Shown: in pieces, positions 1-8,789 of the stretch
How the letters are laid out: every line of letters begins with the position of its first letter
Numbering within the stretch: position 1 is the first letter of the stretch
Assembly: GCF_000171235.2 (NCBI RefSeq)
Contig: NZ_ABEA03000006.1
Location: 14,344 to 38,343 of the forward strand
DNA from: Geminisphaera colitermitum TAV2
GTDB taxonomy: Bacteria; Verrucomicrobiota; Verrucomicrobiia; Opitutales; Opitutaceae
Direction of reading: 5' to 3'
Length of the DNA stretch: 24,000 bases
The notes under the pieces: model-generated
Databases searched by the model: none
What the model was told of the DNA's origin: nothing
What the model saw: the letters and a program-made list of their open reading frames with translations, nothing else
Position numbers and translations under genes: made by a program

Positions 1-504
1 TCGGGAAAGAAATATGAATTTGGACAGAAGGTAAGTGTGGCATCGACGAGCAAGGGAGGCTGGCTGTTGGGAGCGTTATGTATGCCAGACAATCCGTATG
101 ATGGGCACACGCTTGAAGCGCAAATGGAGCAGGTAAAACGGCTCTATATTGAAAAACAGGGGCCGAAAACGGCGCACGTGGACATGGGTTATCGAGGGCA
201 CAATTATGAGGGGCCGGTGGAGGTGATCGTGGACAAACGCAGGCGAGGGAAAATCCCCAAACGAGTCTGGCGCTGGATGAAACGCCGTGCCGCCATTGAG
301 CCGACAATCGGACATCTCAAGAATGAACATCGTATGGAGCGCAACAAGTTACGCGGATTGATCGGAGACAAGGTCAATGCCATCCTCAGCGCCGCCGCGA
401 TGAACTTCGGAAAGCTCCTGGCTTTCCTTTTGGCCTTTTTTTCCCGCCTTCTGCTCGCGCTTTTTCCCGCCTTGCGCACCTCGCCATGCTTCAAACTCGC
501 TTAA
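1..504 (+). CDS. IS5-like DDE transposase, C-terminal part (truncated by window start)
   Basis: Frame 1 is open from base 1 (SGKKYEFGQKVSVASTSKGGWLLGAL...). It contains DMGYRG and RRAAIEPTIGHLKNEHRMERNKLRG...GDKVNAILSAAAMNFGKLL, typical of the IS5-type transposase catalytic C-terminus. Confidence 0.85.
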   Translation, partial: SGKKYEFGQKVSVASTSKGGWLLGALCMPDNPYDGHTLEAQMEQVKRLYIEKQGPKTAHVDMGYRGHNYEGPVEVIVDKRRRGKIPKRVWRWMKRRAAIEPTIGHLKNEHRMERNKLRGLIGDKVNAILSAAAMNFGKLLAFLLAFFSRLLLALFPALRTSPCFKLA

Positions 505-606
505 TACCGCCCTTCCTCAGCACCGACTACATAAAAAAAGAGGGCACCATCCTGAGATGGCGTCCTCTTTATTATTTTTCAGTTGTATTTTTAATATATT
601 GATTCC

Positions 607-1386
607 TCACTCCGCCACCTTCAGCTTTGCGCCGGCGGATTGCAGGGCGCGAGCGATGGGGGGGGGGGGGGGGATGTCCGTCACGATGGTGAAACGCGCG
701 TCCACCGCAGTCGTCAGGCTCAGGGCCTTGCGGCCCCATTTGGAACTGTCCATCGCAAAGATCGTCGCCTCGGCGGCGGAGATCATCTTGCGCTGCGCAG
801 CCACAATCAGCGCGTTGTGATTCCAGATGCCCGCCTCCGTCACACCCGTGCCGCCGAGGATGGCGAGGTCGGCATGGATTTGTTCAAGGGATTGTTCGCA
901 AAGCGGTCCCACCAGCACGCCGAGGCGGTTGTGAATGCCGCCGCCCGTCACGATGGTTTCCGACGAACCGATTTCGCTAAAAAGGCCCGCGATCGGCAGC
1001 GAGTTGGTGATCACTTGCAGACGCTTGCCCACGAGCAACCGCGCCACCGCATACGTCGAAGTGCCGCCGTCCAGAATCACCGTCATGCCGGGCTGCACCT
1101 GCTCGGCAATGACACGGGCGATGGCGTGCTTCTCGGCGGCCTGCCGCTCGTCGCGCGCGATGAAATCGTATTCCTTGGCCAGTTCGTCGGTCTCGATCAA
1201 CGACGCCCCGCCGTGGTGACGCCGCAACACACCGCGCTCGGCGAGTTGGTCGAGCGAACGCCGCACGGTGGACAACGAAATGTCAAAACGCTCGGCCAGC
1301 GTGTGCAGGTCGGCATACTTGTGCTCGCGAATGAATCGCTCGATGAGGTCGATGCGTTGCTTGTTGGTCACGCGGCAGACTGTCAC
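607..1386 (-). CDS. DeoR/GlpR-family transcriptional regulator
   Basis: N-terminal DeoR HTH (RIDLIERFIREHKYADLHTLAERFDISLSTVRRSLDQLAERGVLRRHHGGA) and DeoR sensor domain (MTVILDGGTSTYAVARLL, VITNSLPIA, LGGTGVTEAGIWN). Confidence 0.9.
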   Translation of the reverse strand: MTVCRVTNKQRIDLIERFIREHKYADLHTLAERFDISLSTVRRSLDQLAERGVLRRHHGGASLIETDELAKEYDFIARDERQAAEKHAIARVIAEQVQPGMTVILDGGTSTYAVARLLVGKRLQVITNSLPIAGLFSEIGSSETIVTGGGIHNRLGVLVGPLCEQSLEQIHADLAILGGTGVTEAGIWNHNALIVAAQRKMISAAEATIFAMDSSKWGRKALSLTTAVDARFTIVTDIPPPPPIARALQSAGAKLKVAE

Positions 1387-1483
1387 AAGCCGGAGGCCGG
1401 ATTGTCAAAAGAAGTCATACACGCGCCTGACCACGCACTTGACCTTGGACATTCAGACCTTCGACATTCGGACCCTAAAGCCA

Positions 1484-1912
1484 ATGAGTCATCCGTTCCT
1501 TCAACTGCTGATCCGCTGGGTGGTGCTCGCGCTCGGCGTCACGCTCTCGACCAAAGTGCTGCCCGGCATCCGTTGTCAGGACCTGCCCACGCTCATCGTC
1601 GTGGTGGTGCTGCTCAGCTTCTTCAACGCCGTGCTCCGTCCCCTGCTGGTCTTGTTCACCCTGCCGTTCATCGTGCTGACAATGGGCTTCGGCCTCGTGC
1701 TGATCAACGCGCTGCTCTTCATGCTCGTGAGCCGCCTGGTGGAGGGGTTTGTGGTGGAGAGCTTCGGCTGGGCGGTGGGCGGCGCGCTCATCGTCGGCGT
1801 GACCAATCTCGTCATGAACAGCCTCATGCGTCGTCCGCCGCCGCCTCCGTCTCCTCCTCCCGGCGGCGGGCGCGGTGCGGACAACAAGCCCGGCGACGTC
1901 ATCGACGTCTGA
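1484..1912 (+). CDS. Phage holin family 4 superfamily / YvlD-like small membrane protein
   Basis: Four hydrophobic helices; ILxxxLRPLLxxxTLPF-like motif (SFFNAVLRPLLVLFTLPFIVLTMGFGLVLINALLF). Start placed at MSHPFLQ; the upstream ORF extension overlaps the DeoR gene. Confidence 0.8.
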   Translation: MSHPFLQLLIRWVVLALGVTLSTKVLPGIRCQDLPTLIVVVVLLSFFNAVLRPLLVLFTLPFIVLTMGFGLVLINALLFMLVSRLVEGFVVESFGWAVGGALIVGVTNLVMNSLMRRPPPPPSPPPGGGRGADNKPGDVIDV

Positions 1913-1924
1913 ACCAGGACTCTC

Positions 1925-2767
1925 GTGACACCGCTGCTCTTCACCCTCATCATTGCCCTCATCTCCATCTCGGCTGGCGCCCTCGGTTCGCTGGTCGGTG
2001 TCGGCGGAGGCATCATCGTGGTGCCCGCGTTGACCCTGCTCATGGGCGTGGATATCCAGCATGCCATCGCGGCGTCCATCGTCGCCGTGGTGGCGACATC
2101 GAGCGGCGCGGCGTCGTCCTACGTGCGGGAGCGGATCACCAACATCCGGCTCGCCATGGTCATGGAAATTGCGACCGCGGTGGGTGCGATCTGCGGGGCG
2201 TTCCTCGCGGTGGTCGTGTCGGGACGCTGGCTGTTTTTGTTGTTCGGCCTGGTGCTGTGTTACACGGCCTGGTCGATGTCGCGCAAAAGCCAGGGGCACC
2301 TGCGCGAGCCCGTGCCGGATGCGCTGGCGGACAGATTGCGGCTGCATAGCTCTTACTATGACCGCTCCTTGAAACAGGAAATTTCCTACCGCGTGTCGCG
2401 CACCCGGCTGGGCTTGGTGGTGAGTTACGTGGCGGGAGTGGTGAGCGGCCTGCTCGGCATCGGCGGCGGCGTGCTCAAGGTGCCGGTGATGAACCTCGCC
2501 ATGGGCCTGCCGATCAAGGTGTGCACGGCGACGAGCAACTTCATGATCGGCGTGACGGCGGCGGCGAGCGCCGCGGTGTATTTCATGCGCGGCGACGTGA
2601 AGCCTTTCATTGCCGCGCCGGTGGCGGTGGGCGTGCTGGTCGGGGCGAGGATCGGGGCGCGCCTGTTGGGACGACTCAAGGGCGAGGTCATCAAAAGAGC
2701 CTTCGTCATCGTGCTCGCGGTGTCGGCCCTGCAAATGCTCTGGAACGGGATTGTGGGGAAGGGCTGA
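1925..2767 (+). CDS. TauE/SafE family sulfite/organosulfonate exporter-like permease
   Basis: GxLGSLVGVGGGIIVVPALTLLMG and the repeated GLLGIGGGVLKVPVMNL motif; GTG start. Confidence 0.9.
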   Translation: MTPLLFTLIIALISISAGALGSLVGVGGGIIVVPALTLLMGVDIQHAIAASIVAVVATSSGAASSYVRERITNIRLAMVMEIATAVGAICGAFLAVVVSGRWLFLLFGLVLCYTAWSMSRKSQGHLREPVPDALADRLRLHSSYYDRSLKQEISYRVSRTRLGLVVSYVAGVVSGLLGIGGGVLKVPVMNLAMGLPIKVCTATSNFMIGVTAAASAAVYFMRGDVKPFIAAPVAVGVLVGARIGARLLGRLKGEVIKRAFVIVLAVSALQMLWNGIVGKG

Positions 2768-2776
2768 AAAACTGAA

Positions 2777-2953
2777 GGGAGGTTCTAAAAATTGCACAGA
2801 AGGTAACGAAGAAAACGAAGACAATCAATTGAAATGGAACTTTTGTTTTTAATAACCTATTGAAAATAAACAAATTAAACAAGTTATGCTCCCTGTCTTT
2901 ATCTTCGTTTTCTTGGTTATCTTCTGTGCAAAAATGAATTTTTAGAACCTCCC
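2777..2953. repeat. Long imperfect inverted repeat (hairpin / MITE-like), about 177 bp
   Basis: GGGAGGTTCTAAAAATT at the left end is perfectly inverted at the right end (AATTTTTAGAACCTCCC). A second arm GCACAGAAGGTAACGAAGAAAACGAAGA pairs with TCTTCGTTTTCTTGGTTATCTTCTGTGC (2 mismatches). Confidence 0.8.
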
Positions 2954-2976
2954 TGAAATGAAACTGAAACGCTGAA

Positions 2977-3447
2977 ATGAAGACATTCTCATCAAAAACG
3001 ACAGCGAAGGCAGGGGCGGCAAAGTCGGCGATGGCGACTGGCGACGGCGCGGCCCCGATCTCGTTGCGCGTGGAGTTGCTCATCAGCGAAGTGTTGCGCT
3101 GGGGCGTGTGGGCGAGCCTCGCCTTGCTCGTGGCGGGCACCCTGCTGTGCTTTGTGCATTCGCATGACTATGGGGCGGGTGGCGGCACGGCGGAGGATTT
3201 GCGGCGGTTGATCGAGGGCGACGAAGCCTTTCCGCGCACACTGGTCTGGCTGGGCGAAGGGCTGGCGCATGGGCGCGGTCAGGCGATTGTCGTTCTGGGG
3301 CTGCTGCTCCTGATTTCCACGCCGGTGGTGCGGGTGGCGATTTCGATCGTGGGTTTCGCGTTGGAGCGCGACCGCATTTACGTGGTGGTAACGACCACCG
3401 TGTTTCTGCTTCTTGCGTTGTCTTTCGCACTGGGCAAGGCGGGATAG
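2977..3447 (+). CDS. DUF1634 domain membrane protein (TauE/SafE partner)
   Basis: LLISEVLRWGVWASLALLVAGTLLCF ... LLLISTPVVRVAISIVGFALERDRIYVVVTTTVFLLLALSF; located next to a TauE/SafE gene. Confidence 0.8.
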   Translation: MKTFSSKTTAKAGAAKSAMATGDGAAPISLRVELLISEVLRWGVWASLALLVAGTLLCFVHSHDYGAGGGTAEDLRRLIEGDEAFPRTLVWLGEGLAHGRGQAIVVLGLLLLISTPVVRVAISIVGFALERDRIYVVVTTTVFLLLALSFALGKAG

Positions 3448-3463
3448 CGTCTCTTGATTTGAA

Positions 3464-4312
3464 ATGGCCTCCCTACCGTTACGACAATGGCTGCAACTCA
3501 ACTTGAAATTCCCTGACCGGGTCATGCATTGCTGCCGCCATCATCTCCTTGGTGTGATTTTCTGTATCGGTTTTTCGCTGACATTTCTCGCTGCGCCGGC
3601 AGTTGCCGCCGCCGCCACCGCCGATAGTGCCAGCATGACCGCCAACGCCGGTCCGCTGCGCTGGGAGCAGCAACGCGCCGACCTGCGCCTCAAGGCGGGC
3701 GAGAAAACCGCCTCGGCGATTTTTACTTTTGTCAACACGGGGGCGAAACCGGTGCGGATTACCTCGGTGGAATCGAGTTGCGGTTGCACGGCGGGAAAAC
3801 CCGACCGCGAGGAGTATGCGCCGGGCGAACGCGGGGAACTGCGCGCCGAGTTCAACGCCGGCTCGCGGCGCGGCGTGCAGTCCAACTGGATCGATGTGCG
3901 CACCGACGCCGGCGGCGAACCGGTGCGGCTGGAGTTTGTCGTCGTGATTCCCGATCCCCTGACCGCCACGCCCCGGATGCTAACCTGGGCCGCCGCCACC
4001 GAGATCGCCCGCGACACAACAATCCCCAAAACAACGCGGCTGCATTTTGACCGCCTGGAAACAGGCAGGATCGAGCGCGTCGAAGCCACGCCGGAGGCAG
4101 ACTGGCTGCGCGCCGAGGCGGTGCCGCCAGCCGGGGACGCTGGTGTCGGCGTCGCGGGCGAAACGCCGGACGCAAACGCGGGCGACTGGATCCTGAGCGT
4201 GACGCCTTCGTGGCACGAAGCCGCGCTGCCCTGGCGCTCGGCGGTCACGGTGACGGCGCACACGGAAAAACTCGGTCCGCTCAAACTCCGGATTTTCGTC
4301 GTGTGCCGCTGA
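3464..4312 (+). CDS. DUF1573-containing secreted protein
   Basis: AIFTFVNTGAKPVRITSVESSCGCTAGKPDREEYAPGERGELRAEFNAGSRRG is the DUF1573 signature; N-terminal hydrophobic signal segment. Confidence 0.85.
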   Translation: MASLPLRQWLQLNLKFPDRVMHCCRHHLLGVIFCIGFSLTFLAAPAVAAAATADSASMTANAGPLRWEQQRADLRLKAGEKTASAIFTFVNTGAKPVRITSVESSCGCTAGKPDREEYAPGERGELRAEFNAGSRRGVQSNWIDVRTDAGGEPVRLEFVVVIPDPLTATPRMLTWAAATEIARDTTIPKTTRLHFDRLETGRIERVEATPEADWLRAEAVPPAGDAGVGVAGETPDANAGDWILSVTPSWHEAALPWRSAVTVTAHTEKLGPLKLRIFVVCR

Positions 4313-4344
4313 CGAAACTCACGCCATTCGCCGTTAAAAATAGA

Positions 4345-4449
4345 TTTTAGACAGAATTAACGGAATTTAATGAATTAACGGAAGTTAAGTGAGAGACATT
4401 TTTTTCAAAATTCTGCCAATTCTACTCATTCTGTTAATTCTGTCTAAAA
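4345..4449. repeat. AT-rich inverted repeat, about 105 bp
   Basis: TTTTAGACAGAATTAACGGAAT (4345-4366) vs inverted ATTCTGTTAATTCTGTCTAAAA (4428-4449), 1 mismatch in 22. Confidence 0.8.
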
Positions 4450-4638
4450 AACTGCTGTTCCGCGCCTTTGCGTCTCGGCGTGAGATATTCCGGATGGGCG
4501 GCGCTTTGCGCCGTCGGCGGGGATTGGCAACAAAACCCGCCCTCCAATTGGAAAGACGAAGGGGCTTTGTAAGCTTGGGGAACTTGCCCCAAGGGCGGCG
4601 GACGGACTTGCTGCTTCGTTTTATCGAAAATAAATCAT

Positions 4639-5577
4639 ATGGCCAATACGCCGCTTAGTTTCTGGATCGGTTTTAATGTCTTTGTCCTGCTGATGCTCGC
4701 GCTCGACCTGGGCGTGTTTCACCGCAAGGCGCATGAAGTCTCGCTCAAGGAGGCGCTCGGCTGGAGCGCCGTCTGGATCAGCCTCGCGCTGGTGTTCAAC
4801 GGCCTCATCTGGTGGTGGCACGGCTCGACGCCCGCGCTGGAGTTTCTCACCGGCTACCTGCTCGAAAAGGCGCTCAGCGTGGACAACCTGTTCGTGTTCC
4901 TGCTGCTGTTTGGCTACTTTCGCATTCCCACGATCCTCCAGCACCGCGTGCTGTTCTGGGGCATCCTCGGCGCGCTCGTCATGCGCGCGGTGTTCATCGC
5001 GGCGGGCATCACGCTCATCAATCGCTTCCACTGGATCATTTACGTGCTCGGCGCGTTTTTGATCTACACGGGATTCAAGATGGCTTTTTGCAAAAGCGAA
5101 GAACCCGATCCGTCCAAGGGACTCGTGTTTCGCCTCGCCAACAAGTTCTGGCGCATCACGCCCGACTTGAAAGGGCAGCACTTTTTCTGGCGCGACGCCA
5201 AGGGCGTGCTCTGGTGCACGCCGCTGTTTCTCGTGCTCGTGCTGGTGGAGACGACCGACGTGGTTTTCGCCCTCGACTCGATCCCCGCCATCCTCGCCGT
5301 CACGCGCGACCCGTTCCTCGTTTATACGTCCAACATTTTTGCGATCCTCGGCCTGCGCGCGCTCTACTTCGCGCTTTCAGGCGTGATGAAGATGTTCCAC
5401 CACCTGCATTACGCGCTGGCGTTCATTCTGGCGTTCGTGGGCGTGAAGATGGTCATTTCAGGGTTCTTTCATGTGCCCGTCTGGATCTCGCTCATCGTGA
5501 TCGCTGTTTCGCTGACGGTTGCGATCGTCACCTCGATCATGAACCCGGTTCCGGTGGCCGCTGAGAAAAAAAGTTGA
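4639..5577 (+). CDS. TerC family integral membrane protein (Alx-like)
   Basis: ALDLGVFHRKAHEVSLKEAL, EFLTGYLLEKALSVDNLFVFLLLFGYF, VETTDVVFALDSIPAILAVTRDPFLVYTSNIFAILGLRALYFAL. Confidence 0.92.
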   Translation: MANTPLSFWIGFNVFVLLMLALDLGVFHRKAHEVSLKEALGWSAVWISLALVFNGLIWWWHGSTPALEFLTGYLLEKALSVDNLFVFLLLFGYFRIPTILQHRVLFWGILGALVMRAVFIAAGITLINRFHWIIYVLGAFLIYTGFKMAFCKSEEPDPSKGLVFRLANKFWRITPDLKGQHFFWRDAKGVLWCTPLFLVLVLVETTDVVFALDSIPAILAVTRDPFLVYTSNIFAILGLRALYFALSGVMKMFHHLHYALAFILAFVGVKMVISGFFHVPVWISLIVIAVSLTVAIVTSIMNPVPVAAEKKS

Positions 5578-6277
5578 AAAGCGCCTCGGCTCCCGCCTGC
5601 GCCGCGCCGCCGAGAAAGACAAAGAACAGCACTCCGGCCAGCGCCACGGCGTAGGCGCAGAGGATCGCCTTGCCGTCGCGCTCCAGCAGGCCGCCCGCCG
5701 CCAGCAGAATGACCCAGGCGGGGAATGTATTGGAAAAGGGGATCGGCAAGGGCAGGAGCAGAAAGGCCGCCGCCGCCAGAATGAGCAGTGCGTGCGCGCG
5801 TCGCCACGGCTCCGGGTCGGTCAGCGAGGTGAGGCGGGGGCGGAGGAATTTTTCCAGAAAACCGAGCACGCGTCCGGTCAGCGCGAAGAGGCGTCCGTAA
5901 AATCCCGGTGGCAGGGGACGCCGTCGCAGGCGCGCGGGCAGCCACGGTCGCATCCCGAGCGTGAGCCGGAAGGCGATGATCCCGATCGCCACGCCAAAGG
6001 GAGTGGACAGGCCGGGCAGTGGAATGGGCGTGGTGAAGGGCAGCGCGAGCAGGATGAGGAGCAGCGTGTAGGCGCGTCCGCGCAGGGTGTGGATGACGTC
6101 GTCGAGCGTGACGGCTCCGCCGCCGGCGACGAGACGCTGGCGAATCGCGGCGAGTTCCGTCGAGAGGCGCGGGGGGGGCGGGGGCTGGGGCGTTTTTTCC
6201 GGAGAGTTCACCACAGGGGCACGGAGACACAGAGAATCACGGATTTTTTTGCCCACGAAACACACGAAAGGACACAA
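5537..6277 (-). CDS. ExoD family exopolysaccharide synthesis protein (true start probably near 6211, GTG)
   Basis: TLDDVIHTLRGRAYTLLLILLALPFTTPIPLPGLSTPFGVAIGIIAFRLTLG...RPWLPARL. The N-terminal ~21 aa of the longest ORF are encoded by the 6206-6381 repeat, so they are likely not genuine. Confidence 0.8.
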   Translation of the reverse strand: MCPFVCFVGKKIRDSLCLRAPVVNSPEKTPQPPPPPRLSTELAAIRQRLVAGGGAVTLDDVIHTLRGRAYTLLLILLALPFTTPIPLPGLSTPFGVAIGIIAFRLTLGMRPWLPARLRRRPLPPGFYGRLFALTGRVLGFLEKFLRPRLTSLTDPEPWRRAHALLILAAAAFLLLPLPIPFSNTFPAWVILLAAGGLLERDGKAILCAYAVALAGVLFFVFLGGAAQAGAEALFNFFSQRPPEPGS

Positions 6278-6381
6278 ATGGGAAGGTAGGCATCTGATGG
6301 TTTTTCTTTCGTGTTCTTTCGCGTGTTTCGTGGCCCCCCTCCGTGGTTTGTTCCTTTGTGCTCCGTGTCTCTGTGGTGAAC
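6206..6381. repeat. Nested imperfect inverted repeat
   Basis: Outer arms GTTCACCACAGGGGCACGGAG / CTCCGTGTCTCTGTGGTGAAC; inner arms CCACGAAACACACGAAAGGACAC / GTGTTCTTTCGCGTGTTTCGTGG. Confidence 0.8.
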
Positions 6382-6399
6382 GGGGGGGGGGGGGAGGGG

Positions 6400-7134
6400 T
6401 CAGGAGCGGGCGGCGTTGAGCGCGGCACCGACGATGCCGGCTTCATTGAGGAAGGTGGCGGGCACGATGGGCGTGCGCAGTTTCAGGTGCTTGAACCATT
6501 TTTTGTGCTCCGAACTGATGCCGCCGCCCACGATAATGAGTTCGGGCCAGGTGACGGCTTCGAGCTGGTTGATGTAGTCGCTGACGCGGTTCGCCCACTT
6601 TTTGAAGGACATTTCCTTTGCTTCGCGCACGGCGGCGGAGACAAATTTTTCGTAGGATTTGCCCTTGTGGCGCAGGTGGCCGAATTCGGTGTTTGGATAC
6701 AGGCGGCCGTCGGCGAAGAGCGCGCTGCCCACGCCGGTGCCAAAGGTAAGCATGAGCACGGTGCCTTTGACGCCCTTGCCCGCGCCAAAGGTGGCTTCGG
6801 CCAGTCCGGCGGCGTCGGCGTCGTTAACGAGGGCGACGCGCTGCCCGGTGACTTTGGAGAAGAGTTTGGCGGCTTCGCAGTCGATAAAATCCTGATGCAG
6901 GTTGAAGGAGGTGCGGATGAAGCCGGACTGAATGACGCCGGGGAAGCCGACGCCGATGGGGCCTTTCCAATTGAAATGCGCGGCGAGTTTTTTGATCTCG
7001 CCGGCCATCTGCGCCGGGGTGAGCGCCTTGGGCGTGGCGATGCGATGGCGCTCCGCAAGGAGTTTGCCGGTTTGGGTGTTCACGGGCGCGCCTTTGAGGG
7101 CCGAGCCGCCGATGTCGATGCCGAGGATGTTCAT
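6400..7134 (-). CDS. ppgK: ROK-family polyphosphate glucokinase
   Basis: [85 protein letters not shown]. Start at MNILG; the ORF track's 81-aa extension is not credible. Confidence 0.85.
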   Translation of the reverse strand: MNILGIDIGGSALKGAPVNTQTGKLLAERHRIATPKALTPAQMAGEIKKLAAHFNWKGPIGVGFPGVIQSGFIRTSFNLHQDFIDCEAAKLFSKVTGQRVALVNDADAAGLAEATFGAGKGVKGTVLMLTFGTGVGSALFADGRLYPNTEFGHLRHKGKSYEKFVSAAVREAKEMSFKKWANRVSDYINQLEAVTWPELIIVGGGISSEHKKWFKHLKLRTPIVPATFLNEAGIVGAALNAARS

Positions 7135-7222
7135 GCGTTGGGAGATTGTGGATGAAGGTGGATGTGTGGAGAGCCGGGAGAGAGGGAGGAGTTGGGTAAT
7201 TTGAAAAATTCCGGGGCTCCGA

Positions 7223-7795
7223 TCAATGACATCCGCAGTCCGGGCGGTCGCAGCCGTCGTGTTTTCGGGAACTGCCGTCGTCGCCGCCACCACCGCAACA
7301 GCCGCCGTTGATGGGACGCTGCGGGTGCTCGATCTCCTCGGGCGTGGCGGGTCGGGTGCATACGATCTCGACATCAAAGGTCAGGTCCACGCCGGCGAGC
7401 GGATGATTGGCGTCGAGGATCACGTCGTCGCCTTCGATGGAGCGCACGGTGACGATGGGCGCGCTGGGTTCGGGGCCGGTCTGAAATTGGTCGCCGATGT
7501 TGATTTCCCCTTCGACGGGAAGCACGGACTTGGGCACCCGCTGGACCTGGCCGTCGTCGCGTTCGCCGTAGCCTTTGGCCGCCGGGACTTGCACGCTGGT
7601 TTTGGTGCCGCAGGGAAGGCCGGCAAGCGCCTCTTCCAGACCTTCGATGATTTGTCCCGCGCCTTCCAGATAGGCAAGGGCCTGGCCGCCGAGGGAGGTG
7701 TCGAGCACGCGGCCTTCAGGATCGCGGAGCGTGTAGTGAAACGAAATGACGTTGGGCATCCCGCCAACCCCGCTCGCAACGGGGCGGAGGGTCAA
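7223..7795 (-). CDS. FKBP-type peptidyl-prolyl cis-trans isomerase (SlyD-like) with Cys/His-rich tail
   Basis: [64 protein letters not shown] and [17 protein letters not shown]-terminus [27 protein letters not shown]. Start may be MPNVISF (7759). Confidence 0.88.
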   Translation of the reverse strand: MTLRPVASGVGGMPNVISFHYTLRDPEGRVLDTSLGGQALAYLEGAGQIIEGLEEALAGLPCGTKTSVQVPAAKGYGERDDGQVQRVPKSVLPVEGEINIGDQFQTGPEPSAPIVTVRSIEGDDVILDANHPLAGVDLTFDVEIVCTRPATPEEIEHPQRPINGGCCGGGGDDGSSRKHDGCDRPDCGCH

Positions 7796-7843
7796 GCCGC
7801 ATGTTGGAAACGGTGGGTGTGGGGGGGGGGCGGGCGGGGAGGC

Positions 7844-8731
7844 TTATCCCCGGAGGCGGCGCACGTGATACTCGCCGCCAAGGACTAGGTATTCGGACTC
7901 GCCTTGCAGGATGGGGGGGGGGAGCAGGCCGCTGAAAAAAACAATCTTGGCCAGTGGCACGGCGACTTCCCAGACGTGGTGCCCGAATTCCCAGGCGACT
8001 TCGGGGTCGGAGGAAAAGGAGCTGAGGTTGTTGAGTTCGACCAGCATCCGGTCGTCGTGCGGCTGCTCGTCGCGCGGAGGGGAGGGGGGGGAATGCGGAG
8101 TGCGGAGTGCGGGATGCGGAATGAGGGTGTATTCGTCGGGATCGTGGGTGCCGCGATAAAGGGTGATCCAGCGTTGGTCGGGGCGACGGCGGGCGAGTTC
8201 ATCCTGACAAAAGGTGTAGAGCAAATCGAGTTGCATGAAGAGGCTGGGCGTGCGCGCGGCTCCTTTCATGCGGTCGAGCGCGTATCGTTCGCGCGCCGCC
8301 GGTTCGGTCGCAAGGCGTCCGTGGTGATAGGTGGCGCGCAGGCCGAAACGGCTTTCCACCCAGGCCTTGAGCGCGGCCCCGGAGAGGCTGTTGCTGTCCA
8401 CGCCCCAGTTGCGCAGCGAGGCGAGGTAGCTGTGCCGCAGGCAGAGTTGGGCGGGGCCGGAGACGTCGGTCCATTCGTGCAGGCGGAATTTTACCGAGAC
8501 GTAGTCATGGAAAACGCGCCCGCGTTCGGCGGGATCGTCGATGCCGGCGAGGCGTTGCCAGAGGCGGCGGTCGGTGAGGTGAACGTGATCGAGTTCGAGC
8601 GGTTGAGGCGCGTCCTGAAATTCCCAGGAGGAAATCGCCCACGGCGAGAGGTTGCAGTGATTGAAACGGGTGGGAAGGGAGGGAGGGGCGGGCGGGGGGG
8701 GAGAGGTGGGAGGGGGCGTGGTAGCGGTCAT
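7844..8731 (-). CDS. draT: NAD(+)-dinitrogen-reductase ADP-D-ribosyltransferase (DraT family)
   Basis: FNHCNLSPWAISSWEF...LELDHVHL, RNWGVDSNSLSGAALKAWVESRFGL, QLDLLYTFCQDELARR, ITLYRGTHDPDEY, MLVELNNLSSFSSDPEVAWEFG, VPLAKIVFFSGLLPPPILQGESEYLVLGGEYHV match the DraT architecture. Confidence 0.8.
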   Translation of the reverse strand: MTATTPPPTSPPPPAPPSLPTRFNHCNLSPWAISSWEFQDAPQPLELDHVHLTDRRLWQRLAGIDDPAERGRVFHDYVSVKFRLHEWTDVSGPAQLCLRHSYLASLRNWGVDSNSLSGAALKAWVESRFGLRATYHHGRLATEPAARERYALDRMKGAARTPSLFMQLDLLYTFCQDELARRRPDQRWITLYRGTHDPDEYTLIPHPALRTPHSPPSPPRDEQPHDDRMLVELNNLSSFSSDPEVAWEFGHHVWEVAVPLAKIVFFSGLLPPPILQGESEYLVLGGEYHVRRLRG

Positions 8732-8789
8732 TTTTTTTTAACAATGATGAGACTGGCCGGGCGCGATTATCCAAGTTTCAAATCAGGGC

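Noticed and set aside
640-2824. Long ORFs 640..2349 (+) and 1475..2824 (-)
   Set aside because: His/Arg/Ala-rich shadow ORFs of high-GC genes. They overlap better-supported DeoR, holin-4-like and TauE genes on other frames/strands.
4450-4638. Possible Mn2+ (yybP-ykoY) riboswitch upstream of terC
   Set aside because: TerC genes are sometimes preceded by this riboswitch and GTGAGATATTCCGG looked suggestive. I could not assemble the conserved internal loops or a confident three-way structure.
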